DNA of 64,000 bases from Thermodesulfobacteriota bacterium. Its GTDB lineage: Bacteria; Desulfobacterota_D; UBA1144; Nemesobacterales; UBA2774. How positions within the stretch are numbered: position 1 is the first letter of the stretch; each line of letters starts with the position of its first letter. Below are positions 39,059 through 48,649 of this stretch, in pieces. The stretch spans positions 1,696,001 through 1,760,000 of the forward strand of contig OZ244991.1 in assembly GCA_965223335.1 (NCBI GenBank), read 5' to 3'. The position numbers and the translations under genes are program-made. The notes below the pieces were generated by a model, which saw only the letters and a list, made by a program, of their open reading frames with translations, ran no database searches and was not told the DNA's origin.

Positions 39059-40288
39059 TTAGTTGATATTATTTACCGTATTCTCCCATAGAGTTAAAAG
39101 TTTTTGAGCCTGTGTTTTTATATTAAATTCCCTCTTTATTTTTTCGCTGCCTGTCTTACCTAGTTTTTTTCTTAGTTCGGGGTTCTTTGCAAGGTTAATA
39201 ATCGCATCTGCGAGTTGTTCCTCATTCCTTGGTGTTACGAGTAACCCTTCCTCCATATGAGTAATGAGTTCCGGCACACTGCCTGCAGTAGTGGATATGA
39301 CAGGAACTTCCATGGCCATGGCTTCTTGTAGGGTAAGGGGGCAGACATCCAGGTCGCCGTCACTCGCGACTACACAGGGCAGCACCGAGATATCGGCATT
39401 TTTAAGCTCTTTAATGCATTGTTCATTTGTGAGCGCTCCACGAAATCTTATTTGTTCATTTAATTCCAGTTCATCTGTTAAATCACGTAAATTTGCATCC
39501 AGGTCGCCGTCCCCAATTATATCGAGTTCGATATTGGGGACTTCCCTTGCAACTGTGCTCATTGCTCTGATGAGATATTCAAATCCCTTTTTCTCAATCA
39601 ATCTTCCCACGGCTATTATCTTCAAGTTCTCATTTTTTGTAGACCTTGAGTTCATTTGTGTGAATTTGTCAGGGTTAATAGTGGCCCTGATTATCTCTAT
39701 CTTGTCTTCGTCACACCCTGTTTCATCCACTATGCGCTGTTTGTTGAATACCGAAGGTGTTATAACTTTTTGAGCACCGTCAACAAGCTTAACGAGCCTT
39801 TCTTGTGAATAGAACTGATCTCTAAATATATCGAAAGCGTGGGCAGTGAATGTAAATGGTTTTTCTAGGAGCTGGCTTATCTGTAGCCCTGTCATTGCTG
39901 CCTCGTATGCAAAGTGCGAGTGGACTAAATCGATATGACTGTAATCTGGCGAGTAATACGAGAGTCTAACAAACTGCTTTAGTGTGTTGTTTGAGTAGTG
40001 TTGTTTGTATGTTTTTAGTGTGTTTCTATAAAAACTGGGAGAGAAGCAGTAGTTGTAGCGCAGTTTTAGAAAGTGGGGCAGCGAAAAATACTGGGTTTTC
40101 TCCAACAATTTGTACTCGAGTACGTCCTCGTTTATTTGAACTTCATCAGGTTTGCGGTGTGCGAGTATCTCTACGTTCACACCTCGCTTGATCAGCTCTA
40201 CTATCTCGTTTAATACAAATGTCTCAGAGAGTTTTGGAAACTGGTCTAAAACATAGAGTACATTCATTGTAGAAGAATCTTCCGACAA
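39059..40288 (-). CDS. Glycosyltransferase family 4 (WcaL-like)
   Basis: FPKLSETFV, HSHF, FTAHAFDI, VGRLIEKKG, EAMAM.VPV. Confidence 0.88.
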   Translation of the reverse strand: MSEDSSTMNVLYVLDQFPKLSETFVLNEIVELIKRGVNVEILAHRKPDEVQINEDVLEYKLLEKTQYFSLPHFLKLRYNYCFSPSFYRNTLKTYKQHYSNNTLKQFVRLSYYSPDYSHIDLVHSHFAYEAAMTGLQISQLLEKPFTFTAHAFDIFRDQFYSQERLVKLVDGAQKVITPSVFNKQRIVDETGCDEDKIEIIRATINPDKFTQMNSRSTKNENLKIIAVGRLIEKKGFEYLIRAMSTVAREVPNIELDIIGDGDLDANLRDLTDELELNEQIRFRGALTNEQCIKELKNADISVLPCVVASDGDLDVCPLTLQEAMAMEVPVISTTAGSVPELITHMEEGLLVTPRNEEQLADAIINLAKNPELRKKLGKTGSEKIKREFNIKTQAQKLLTLWENTVNNIN

Positions 40289-40299
40289 ATTTAATCCGA

Positions 40300-41658
40300 C
40301 TAATATATATCATTAATCTTGTTCTTAATAGCCGTCAGGATGGTATGCGCCCTAGTGTAGAATTTATAAGCACTCTTGTCCTTGATGTTGTTTAGGTTTG
40401 ATTGTAGTTCGTTTACTAGGTGGTTTATCTGTTTTATTTCCTGATTTTTTTGTTCCAGGTCTTTGTTAATTTCATTAAAGATATTAAGGAAGTTCTCTAT
40501 ACATAAATCAAGGTGCTCGATGTTATCTTTTGCCTGCTCCGATCTAAGAGGTCTCTCTTTTACTGCTGATACTAGTACTTTTTCAAGCTCATCCAGCTCA
40601 CGTGTTCTGCTATAGTTTTTTTCTACGTGTAGCCTTGCTGCTTTTCCCATTTTCGATCTCATATCCGGGTTCTCAACCAGTTTCGACAGTTGTGCTGTAA
40701 TTGCATCGGTGTCTTTTTCCTCCGCCAGCAGACCGGTCTTGCCGTCAATTACAATCTCGGGGATGCCTGTATGGTATGTGGATACAATAGGCAGCCCCAC
40801 CGCCTCGGCTTCAAGGATGCTCACTGGAGAGCCCTCCCTGTCACCGTTCTCAGCTATACGAGATGGCAGAAAGAAGATATCGGCTCTATTGAGTTCTTTT
40901 AGTACTTCGGCGCTTGGCTGGGGGCCGAGGAGTTGTACTTTCTTAGATAAATTTAGTTCTTCTATTTTGTTTATAACATCGTTTTTAAGCGGTCCGTCCC
41001 CGACAATTCTAAATTCTACATTTTTGTGTTTATCTAAGAGCTTCTCAAAACATTCCACCGCAAACACAGGGGCTTTCTTCTCAACCAGCCTGCCGACAAA
41101 TAATATCTGCACCTTTTTTCTCGGCTTTCTCGTTTTTACTTTATATCTATCTAAATCGATACCATATCTAATAAGGCTTATATCTTCTGCCTCGCCGTTT
41201 TCCAGGAGTCCATACATGTATTCTCGATTGTAATCTGTTGTTGTGATTAGGGCAGAGGACTCTTTGAATTTCTCTTGTAATTCCGAGACTTGTGGGTCCA
41301 CGTATAAATCATATGCATGGGTTGTTATGGCGTACGGTATATCAAACAACGTTGATAATTTAAGCGCCCATGCAGCGGGGTTAGTTGCGAAGTGAGCATG
41401 TATCAAATCGGTAGATAGGAGACATTTGAGGAGGTCCCGGCTAAGCTCAAAGCCCAGTCGAGAATTGTTTCTATTAAGATAGTGGGTTTTATCCAGCAGA
41501 TTGTATCTGGAAACATCTTTATGGGACTGGTCCTCAACCGGACGAGTAATAGAGATTATTTCAACATCGTGCCCTTTATCAATAAGGCCGGTAATCTGGC
41601 TTAATATAAAAGTCTCAGAGAGCTTGGGAAATTTTTCTGCTAGGTATGTTATCTTCAA
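40300..41658 (-). CDS. Glycosyltransferase family 4 (WcaL-like) with C-terminal coiled coil
   Basis: FPKLSETFI, HAHF, VGRLVEKK, GDREGSPVSILEA; heptad-rich tail. Confidence 0.88.
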   Translation of the reverse strand: MKITYLAEKFPKLSETFILSQITGLIDKGHDVEIISITRPVEDQSHKDVSRYNLLDKTHYLNRNNSRLGFELSRDLLKCLLSTDLIHAHFATNPAAWALKLSTLFDIPYAITTHAYDLYVDPQVSELQEKFKESSALITTTDYNREYMYGLLENGEAEDISLIRYGIDLDRYKVKTRKPRKKVQILFVGRLVEKKAPVFAVECFEKLLDKHKNVEFRIVGDGPLKNDVINKIEELNLSKKVQLLGPQPSAEVLKELNRADIFFLPSRIAENGDREGSPVSILEAEAVGLPIVSTYHTGIPEIVIDGKTGLLAEEKDTDAITAQLSKLVENPDMRSKMGKAARLHVEKNYSRTRELDELEKVLVSAVKERPLRSEQAKDNIEHLDLCIENFLNIFNEINKDLEQKNQEIKQINHLVNELQSNLNNIKDKSAYKFYTRAHTILTAIKNKINDIY

Positions 41659-41660
41659 TT

Positions 41661-42383
41661 TTATTTCACTGCTTTGGTTTTGTATACAATCTGGTAACCG
41701 AATAGATTTGGATATTTTCTATATAACTTATCTAGGTTCTTCTCGGAAATATATCTCTTCATCCAATCCGGCGGGATGAATTCCCCGCCTATATCTACTA
41801 CCTCTAACCCCACACCCTCCATCAATTTATTGAACGAGTGAGTGGTGAAATCGTGTAGGTGCTCTGCGTGATGGTATAGCCTGCTTTCTTCGGGGAAGTG
41901 CCCCCTGAGTAACTTCATTCTATATTTCCACCATGCGATATTCGGGAATGACGTAATTATATATCCACTCGGTGCCAGTAACTCTTTGCACTTCTCTAGC
42001 GCGGTTTTAGGATCCAGCAAGTGTTCTATTACCTCTGTAACAACTATATAGTCGTATTTTGCCCTTCCTAATTTGGAGGGCCTGTCCTGATCAATGTTAA
42101 ATTGTGATACCTTGTCGTAATGAGGTTTTGCGAGTTCCAGTGATCTTGACGATATATCACACCCTGCGACGTACACATCTTTTAGCTTTTGTTTAACCAA
42201 CATCCCAAATGTGCCGTCGCCGCATCCGATATCGAGTATTTTTAGCTTCGGTTCGTCCGGTATCATCGACAGTGCGGTGGTGAGCCGTTTGGGTATATGT
42301 GCACCCTCTTTGGTGTGAATCTTTCCAATATCCTCTCGGTACTGCCAGTAATCTTCATAGAATTCTTTTAAGGAATCTTTCAT
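41661..42383 (-). CDS. Class I SAM-dependent methyltransferase
   Basis: ILDIGCGDG, EVIEHL.DP, SFPNIAWW. Confidence 0.88.
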   Translation of the reverse strand: MKDSLKEFYEDYWQYREDIGKIHTKEGAHIPKRLTTALSMIPDEPKLKILDIGCGDGTFGMLVKQKLKDVYVAGCDISSRSLELAKPHYDKVSQFNIDQDRPSKLGRAKYDYIVVTEVIEHLLDPKTALEKCKELLAPSGYIITSFPNIAWWKYRMKLLRGHFPEESRLYHHAEHLHDFTTHSFNKLMEGVGLEVVDIGGEFIPPDWMKRYISEKNLDKLYRKYPNLFGYQIVYKTKAVK

Positions 42384-42428
42384 ATCGCTACATGTTGTGC
42401 CTGAACTTGTTTTGAAACAACATCAATT

Positions 42429-42446
42429 CGTAGCTTATAAGCTACG
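42429..42446. other. Perfect 18-bp palindrome between wzt and the methyltransferase gene
   Basis: CGTAGCTTATAAGCTACG equals its own reverse complement. Confidence 0.8.
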
Positions 42447-42486
42447 CTGGTTTTAGTCCTGAGCATGGTTTGTATATTTAAGTGTA

Positions 42487-43749
42487 CTATGTTGAAATAT
42501 CAATTTCTGCATCCATGTCGATTAGGCCATAAGATTTTCTCTCACCGACTACTTTAAATGTTTGGATGTCTAGATGCCGTGTCAAAAATACACGTTCTGA
42601 TGGGTAGTGCTCGGCGACATTAACATTTACTGAGTATTCGCCGGGGTTTAAGTTGATAGTGAGTACGAACTCGGTTGTAACGGCAGAGTTTGCTTTTACA
42701 GGTCCCATGGGATTTTTGGCAACCATTGGGCAAATGCCAAAAATTTCTAGCCCGGTTAATGTCAATATGTTCATCCCGATGTCGGGTTTAGGTACGTCTT
42801 TTTTAAAATGTACAATAAATCTGAATCTGTACTTCTCACCTGTTTCTAGCACTGTGGTTTGTTTATTTTCCGAGTCTAGGATTTGGAAATTTGTTATCTC
42901 TGCTTCCCCTGTACCAAAATTGTTATCGGTGCTCACTTCGTTTTGCGATACCTCTTTGGTTTCATAATCTTGTTGATTGCCCCCTTGCAGCTGCTTAATA
43001 TATTCTGCTTCCCTCTCGGCTAAAAGCCTGCTATATCTGTGGACTATCTCTTTAGGTGTGCCTAGGGTTATCATTTCTCCTTTATCGAGGAGCATTGCTC
43101 TGTTGCAAATGCTTGTAACAGTAGGAAGGTTGTGGGAAACAAACAATATGGTCTTACCGTCTTCCTGGAACTGCTGGATCTTTCGGTAACAGCGGCGTTT
43201 AAACATATCGTCCCCCACGGCCAACACCTCGTCAATTATAAGGATGTCCGGGTTTATATTTATGGCCGTTGCAAATGCAAGTCTCAGGTACATCCCGCTC
43301 GAGTAGGTCTTCACTGGTTGATCGAGAAAATCCCCTATGTCTGCAAACCCGGCAATGTCGTCAAAATGTTGGTTCATCTCATGCTTGCTAATCCCCATCA
43401 GTGCTCCCTGCATAAAGACATTCTCGCGCCCAGTGAATTCCTGATGAAACCCGGCCCCCAGGTCAAGCAGTGCCGATATTCGCCCCCTTATATCAATCTC
43501 TCCCGATGAGGGCTTTATGATCCCCGAGATTATCTGCAGCAGAGTGCTTTTGCCGCTTCCGTTCTGACCGACTATTGCGAATGTAGAGCCCTTGGTTATT
43601 TCCAGGTTTATATCTCTTAGTGCCCAGAACTCTGTGTGATATGTTTTGTTAGAGGGGTTAGCCATCTCTTTTAGACGAGCTACCGCAGACGGGTAGAGCT
43701 TATATTTTTTGCTCAGATTTTTTATGTCAATCGATATATTGTCGTTCAT
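42487..43749 (-). CDS. wzt: Polysaccharide ABC transporter ATP-binding protein with Wzt C-terminal domain
   Basis: FWALRDI, GQNGSGKST, YSSGMYLRLAF, DEVLAVGD; ~150-aa beta-rich C-terminal domain starting FGTGEAEI. Confidence 0.92.
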   Translation of the reverse strand: MNDNISIDIKNLSKKYKLYPSAVARLKEMANPSNKTYHTEFWALRDINLEITKGSTFAIVGQNGSGKSTLLQIISGIIKPSSGEIDIRGRISALLDLGAGFHQEFTGRENVFMQGALMGISKHEMNQHFDDIAGFADIGDFLDQPVKTYSSGMYLRLAFATAININPDILIIDEVLAVGDDMFKRRCYRKIQQFQEDGKTILFVSHNLPTVTSICNRAMLLDKGEMITLGTPKEIVHRYSRLLAEREAEYIKQLQGGNQQDYETKEVSQNEVSTDNNFGTGEAEITNFQILDSENKQTTVLETGEKYRFRFIVHFKKDVPKPDIGMNILTLTGLEIFGICPMVAKNPMGPVKANSAVTTEFVLTINLNPGEYSVNVNVAEHYPSERVFLTRHLDIQTFKVVGERKSYGLIDMDAEIDIST

Positions 43750-43764
43750 CTGTATCCGTTATGT

Positions 43765-44607
43765 CTAAAGTACTTCAGCAAATCCAGGCTTAAGTTTCCT
43801 AAACAAAACACCCCCCAATCCAAACACAATCACGGCATAAATAACAAGCAATATTAAGCTGTCCGTAGGCGGGAACTTACCTGCGAGCAGCGAGTACCTA
43901 TAGCCCTCAACCACATGGAACATTGGGTTTAGTTTTAAAAGCGGCACTAACTTTTCGGGCACTATACCCACGGAGTAAAAAATAGGCGTAAAAAAGAACC
44001 ACCCTGTCATAATTACTCCAATCAACTGCTCCATATCCCTGAAATAAACATTGATGCTGGCAAACACCCAACTAGCCCCCACTGTAAAAACAACCATAAA
44101 AAATAGGTATAGGAACACTAATAACGCATAAGGAGTTAAAGTGACCCCAAACACAAGCAGAATAACCAGCACAAGGAGCATGGCGATTAAGTGGCTTATG
44201 ATGTGACTTGAGATTGTTACAATCGGTAGAACCTCCGAGGGGAACCCTGCGGATGTTTTTATCAGGTTGCCGTGATCTACCAAAACTCTGGTGGATGAGG
44301 ACACGGCCTGTGAAAAAAACTGCCAGGGCACAAGCCCACAGATCAGATAGAGGAAGAAGCTGTCCGTTCCATATACCGCATCGGGTTTAATCTTGAAAAA
44401 CACACCGAACACTATCCCGTATATTGCTACCTGTGAAAGCGGGTTTAGTATCGCCCAAGTGATGCCAAACGCACTGCCTATGTAATTTTTTTTAAGCTCC
44501 CTAAGAGCCATGGCAGACACCATGTGCCTATCCTTATAAAGTACCCTAAGGAACTCGATAAAAATCCTAAAGTTTCCAAAAATGCTGTCGTTTCCTCTCA
44601 TAGCCAT
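43765..44607 (-). CDS. wzm: Polysaccharide ABC transporter permease
   Basis: RELKKNYIGSAFG..W..LNPL, YFRD, FFFTPIFY, LNPM...EGYR. Confidence 0.92.
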   Translation of the reverse strand: MAMRGNDSIFGNFRIFIEFLRVLYKDRHMVSAMALRELKKNYIGSAFGITWAILNPLSQVAIYGIVFGVFFKIKPDAVYGTDSFFLYLICGLVPWQFFSQAVSSSTRVLVDHGNLIKTSAGFPSEVLPIVTISSHIISHLIAMLLVLVILLVFGVTLTPYALLVFLYLFFMVVFTVGASWVFASINVYFRDMEQLIGVIMTGWFFFTPIFYSVGIVPEKLVPLLKLNPMFHVVEGYRYSLLAGKFPPTDSLILLVIYAVIVFGLGGVLFRKLKPGFAEVL

Positions 44608-44629
44608 TGTTGAGACCTATCACATCATC

Positions 44630-45535
44630 TCAATTATACTGAATATCCTTTCCTGTGATTGCATACCAAATCCCCATTAAAAAACCCAGGCTAAACCTGC
44701 CGTGAGTCCTAAGCTCCATATTAATGGGCACAAGCAAAAGCGGCAGATACCTGCATCCGTTAAGCAGCAACATCATCCACACCACAAACGGATAACGATC
44801 GCGAAGCCGTGCAAAAGACAGTCCCACTGCAGCGGCTTTGTTTAGACTCTTTAGAATAAACGGCGGATGCATATACTCGAGGGAATAGGATTTTTGGACT
44901 TTCTTTTTCCCTGCCAGCATCCTCACTGTCAGCTCAACGTCCTCCTGCCCGATGATCTCCGATACAAACCCACACAAATCCCCAAGTGTCTCCCTACGGT
45001 ACGCCATACACCTGTTGGTGGGGAAATGTCGGTCGTGGTAATTGTACTTTTCCCTAAGCATACTGTAGCTTGCCGATCCATAGGGCATCAAAGCGTCTGC
45101 ACCCGTGGATTCGAACTCGGAGATCAGTGTAGTTAGAAATTCCCCATCGAGTATAACGGTGTCGTCATCCAAAAACAGGATATATTCGCCGTTACTCTTT
45201 TCTAACCCATAATTGCGCGAGTATCCCATGGTGCCGAAGTTCTCAGACAGGGTGTAGTAATTTATCTTTAGACGCGACCCGTACTCATCTATCAATGACC
45301 TGCCCTCATCCGTCCCGCCCCTGTCTTCTACCAGTATCACCTCGAACGACTCTTTGGGCAGTGTTTGCTCTGACAAACAGGCGAGTATGGTTCTCATCAA
45401 GCGTGCGTTGCTGTAAAAATTTATGATACACGAGACCCTACAGTCCCGCCCGCCCTCTGCCACCCGGCAGTCGCCTTTTAAGGAAAATGGAAACAGGTTG
45501 TATGCATAACTCAAGAGTAGTTCGCGTATGTTCAT
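44630..45535 (-). CDS. Glycosyltransferase family 2
   Basis: SCIINFY, EVILVED, SRNYGL, ILFLDDD, QEDVEL. Confidence 0.82.
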   Translation of the reverse strand: MNIRELLLSYAYNLFPFSLKGDCRVAEGGRDCRVSCIINFYSNARLMRTILACLSEQTLPKESFEVILVEDRGGTDEGRSLIDEYGSRLKINYYTLSENFGTMGYSRNYGLEKSNGEYILFLDDDTVILDGEFLTTLISEFESTGADALMPYGSASYSMLREKYNYHDRHFPTNRCMAYRRETLGDLCGFVSEIIGQEDVELTVRMLAGKKKVQKSYSLEYMHPPFILKSLNKAAAVGLSFARLRDRYPFVVWMMLLLNGCRYLPLLLVPINMELRTHGRFSLGFLMGIWYAITGKDIQYN

Positions 45536-45731
45536 GTTATAAAAAGAAAAATAGTTTATAAACCTAACAATTCTACGTAGTAATTACCGGGTTGTATACA
45601 GGATTTGGCCAAGAGGGTTGTGCCGAAATACAAGGTAGCTGGTACAATATAAACTCATAATCATATGTGACACTCGATTTAGCGAGCATGACATCCAAAT
45701 TATGGGATAAATCTACATACAGCAAATAGAT

Positions 45732-46322
45732 ATGAACCACGACCCGGTTAGTCAGTTAGAGAGGATTATTAAAAGCAGGGATATGGCCAAGATCCAGATC
45801 CAGGACGGATACGTCCCGGCCTCTGTCATGATCATATTAAACGAGTCCAATAGTGGTTACGAGATGCTTTTTATAAAGCGGCCTGAGAACCCCGAGGACC
45901 CGTTCTCAGGGCATATGGCGTTCCCCGGCGGTCGGATGGACGAGGGCGAGACCATTCTTGAGACCGCTGTGCGCGAAACAATAGAGGAGATAGGGGTTGA
46001 TATAGGGCAAAGCGGCAGGGTAATAGGCGAGCTTGACGATTTCAATCCCAATAATCCCAGGGCCAAAAACTACATTGTCACCCCATTCATATCCATACTC
46101 ATAGACGAAGTAGAGCTCACCCCTAATATTGTGGAGGTTGAGAAAATAGTGTGGGTTCCCCTCCACCACCTCCTTGACAAAGCCAATACAGAGGTACGGC
46201 TACGCGACCGAAACGGCGTTGCAATAAAGGATTATGTGTACTACTTCGAAAACTATGTGATATGGGGGATGACCGGCAAGGTGCTCAATCATTTTATCTC
46301 CATTACCCGGGGAGTGTTTTGA
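45732..46322 (+). CDS. Nudix hydrolase, CoA pyrophosphatase (NudL-like)
   Basis: FPGG..ETAVRETIEEIG Nudix box, SGHMAFPGG, IWGMTG. Confidence 0.88.
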   Translation: MNHDPVSQLERIIKSRDMAKIQIQDGYVPASVMIILNESNSGYEMLFIKRPENPEDPFSGHMAFPGGRMDEGETILETAVRETIEEIGVDIGQSGRVIGELDDFNPNNPRAKNYIVTPFISILIDEVELTPNIVEVEKIVWVPLHHLLDKANTEVRLRDRNGVAIKDYVYYFENYVIWGMTGKVLNHFISITRGVF

Positions 46323-46387
46323 ATGTGGATTTTCCTACACCAAGGTGATAGAATGTGGTGTACCGATAATCCTAGAGGGAGAAGAGA

Positions 46388-46813
46388 ATGAGAGGTGTTA
46401 ACAAAGTCATACTGATCGGCAACCTCGGACGCGATCCCGAGATCCGTTACACAACCAGCGGCCAGGCTGTTGCCAACTTTACACTGGCCACAACCGAGGC
46501 CTACACAAACAAAGAGGGTGAGCGCCAGGAGTCAACCGAATGGCACCGCATTGTGGCCTGGGGCAGATTAGCAGAGATTTGCGGGGAATACCTGACCAAA
46601 GGCCGCACTGTATATATAGAGGGGGCAATACGAACGAGATCGTGGGAAGACAAAGAAGGGAAAACGCGCTGGACCACAGAGATTATTGCAAGGAACATGC
46701 AGATGCTTGGTTCCGGAGCTGATCGCAGCGACACTTCTTCATCTCGACAACAGGCACCCGATGACTTTGAGTTGGACGAATCCGTCGAATCCGATGAAGA
46801 TATTCCATTCTAG
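46388..46813 (+). CDS. ssb: Single-stranded DNA-binding protein
   Basis: [20 protein letters not shown], acidic C-terminus DIPF. Confidence 0.97.
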   Translation: MRGVNKVILIGNLGRDPEIRYTTSGQAVANFTLATTEAYTNKEGERQESTEWHRIVAWGRLAEICGEYLTKGRTVYIEGAIRTRSWEDKEGKTRWTTEIIARNMQMLGSGADRSDTSSSRQQAPDDFELDESVESDEDIPF

Positions 46814-46858
46814 ATAACTCCCGTTTACCTGATCGTATCTAATGGCCTTATAATATAG

Positions 46859-47260
46859 GTGTCAGACCGAGGAGGGGTTTATAACTTGAATGCTGTAAAC
46901 ATTCCCGCTCATGATGAGGTGAGAAAGATTGTAAAGCCTTGGGGCTATGAGTTGTGGTGGGCCGTGACCGATAAGTATGTGGGCAAGATTCTACATATTA
47001 ATAAGGGTGAGAGCCTGAGTTATCAGTACCACGAGATAAAGGACGAGACCCTCTACCTTCAAAGCGGCCGGATGATACTCCTAGTGGAGCGCCCGGGCAG
47101 GGAAAGAGAGGAGATAACTGCATTGCCTGGATTCTCCATTCGTATCACGCCTCATACTAAACATAGGCTTACGGCTATTGAGGACTGCGAGGTGCTCGAG
47201 GTCTCCACACCCGAGGTCGAAGACGTGGTCCGCCTCGAGGATGCCTATGGGAGGGTGTAA
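46859..47260 (+). CDS. Cupin protein (mannose-6-phosphate isomerase type II C-terminal-like)
   Basis: KPWG, LSYQYH..K.ET, HR..A, EVSTPE..DVVRLED.YGR; start uncertain. Confidence 0.75.
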   Translation: MSDRGGVYNLNAVNIPAHDEVRKIVKPWGYELWWAVTDKYVGKILHINKGESLSYQYHEIKDETLYLQSGRMILLVERPGREREEITALPGFSIRITPHTKHRLTAIEDCEVLEVSTPEVEDVVRLEDAYGRV

Positions 47261-47263
47261 GCT

Positions 47264-48649
47264 ATGAACTTTGCATTGGTAATATTAGCAGCCGGTAAGG
47301 GAAAGAGGATGAAATCAGATTTACCCAAGGTTCTCCACCCGATTTTGGGTAAACCGATGATTGACTGGGTTTATTCTGCGTCTGAGAAACTCGCGCCCAA
47401 GAAAATTGTTGCAATTGTGGGCTATGGGGCCGATCAAGTGAGGACTGCGCTTAATGATAGGAAAGTAGTCTTTGCACTTCAAAAAAAACAGCTCGGCACC
47501 GGCCATGCAGTGCTATGTGCCGAGAAAGCACTTTCCGGGTATAAGGGCAATATCATGATATTAAACGGCGACTTCCCGCTCATAAGTTCTAACACCTTAA
47601 AACGCTTTTTAGATACCCACGCTAAAACACGTTCAGCTGTAACAGTCCTAACATCCAAGTTTGAAAACCCCACCAGTTACGGTCGCGTCATAAGAGGGCG
47701 GGGGGGAGAACTGGAAAAGATCGTCGAGCATGGCGATGCCACAGCTCAAGAAAAGAAAGTCGACGAGATTAACACCGGTGCCTACTGTGTGAAATCGGAA
47801 GTGCTGTGGTCAGCACTAAAGAATCTCAAAAGAAATAATAGACAAAGCGAATACTATCTAACCGACATTATCGCATATGCTAAGAATAAGGGGCTCAGAC
47901 TCTCGGGCTACATAGCCAAGAATGAAAAAGAGGTCATCGGGGTTAACGACAGAGCCGATCTCGCACTCGCCGAACAGACCATGAGACACTGGGTAAATGA
48001 TAAATTAATGGCAAGTGGGGTGACCATCATCGATCCCGAATCCACCTATATATCTCCCGATGCAAAGGTCGCCCGCGACACCACGATTTATCCCAATACA
48101 TATATATATGGTAGTTCAGTCGTAGGTACGGGGTCCAAGATTGGCCCTTCGGTATGGCTCGAGGATTGTGCACTGGGCCGGGATGTGTGGGTCAAATTTT
48201 CCTGCTACATAACTAATGCAAAAATTAAAGACAGTGTGACTGTGGGTCCGTTTGCGCACATTCGCCCTGAGGCCGAAATACTAAGCAACGCAAAGATAGG
48301 CAACTTTGTGGAGATCAAAAAATCTACTATAGGCAAAGGGTCCAAGGTGCCCCATCTCTCCTACGTAGGAGACGCATATCTAGGCGAGAGTGTGAATATT
48401 GGCGCAGGCACCATCACCTGTAACTACGACGGTGTAAATAAACACCGGACCACGATCGGCGACAACGTATTTATAGGCAGCGACACAATGCTTGTTGCTC
48501 CTATAACCGTCGGTGCGGGGGCGGTTACAGGGGCAGGATCGACCATTACAAAAGACGTTCCGGGGGGTGCACTCGCAATAGCGCGTGCTCGTCAGACCGT
48601 AATAGAGCAGTGGAAACAAAAAACACGCAAACCCAAGGGGAAGCGATAG
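47264..48649 (+). CDS. glmU: Bifunctional UDP-GlcNAc pyrophosphorylase / glucosamine-1-P acetyltransferase
   Basis: ILAAGKGKRMKS..PKVLH, hexapeptide repeats, HLSYVGDA, TCNYDG. Confidence 0.97.
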   Translation: MNFALVILAAGKGKRMKSDLPKVLHPILGKPMIDWVYSASEKLAPKKIVAIVGYGADQVRTALNDRKVVFALQKKQLGTGHAVLCAEKALSGYKGNIMILNGDFPLISSNTLKRFLDTHAKTRSAVTVLTSKFENPTSYGRVIRGRGGELEKIVEHGDATAQEKKVDEINTGAYCVKSEVLWSALKNLKRNNRQSEYYLTDIIAYAKNKGLRLSGYIAKNEKEVIGVNDRADLALAEQTMRHWVNDKLMASGVTIIDPESTYISPDAKVARDTTIYPNTYIYGSSVVGTGSKIGPSVWLEDCALGRDVWVKFSCYITNAKIKDSVTVGPFAHIRPEAEILSNAKIGNFVEIKKSTIGKGSKVPHLSYVGDAYLGESVNIGAGTITCNYDGVNKHRTTIGDNVFIGSDTMLVAPITVGAGAVTGAGSTITKDVPGGALAIARARQTVIEQWKQKTRKPKGKR

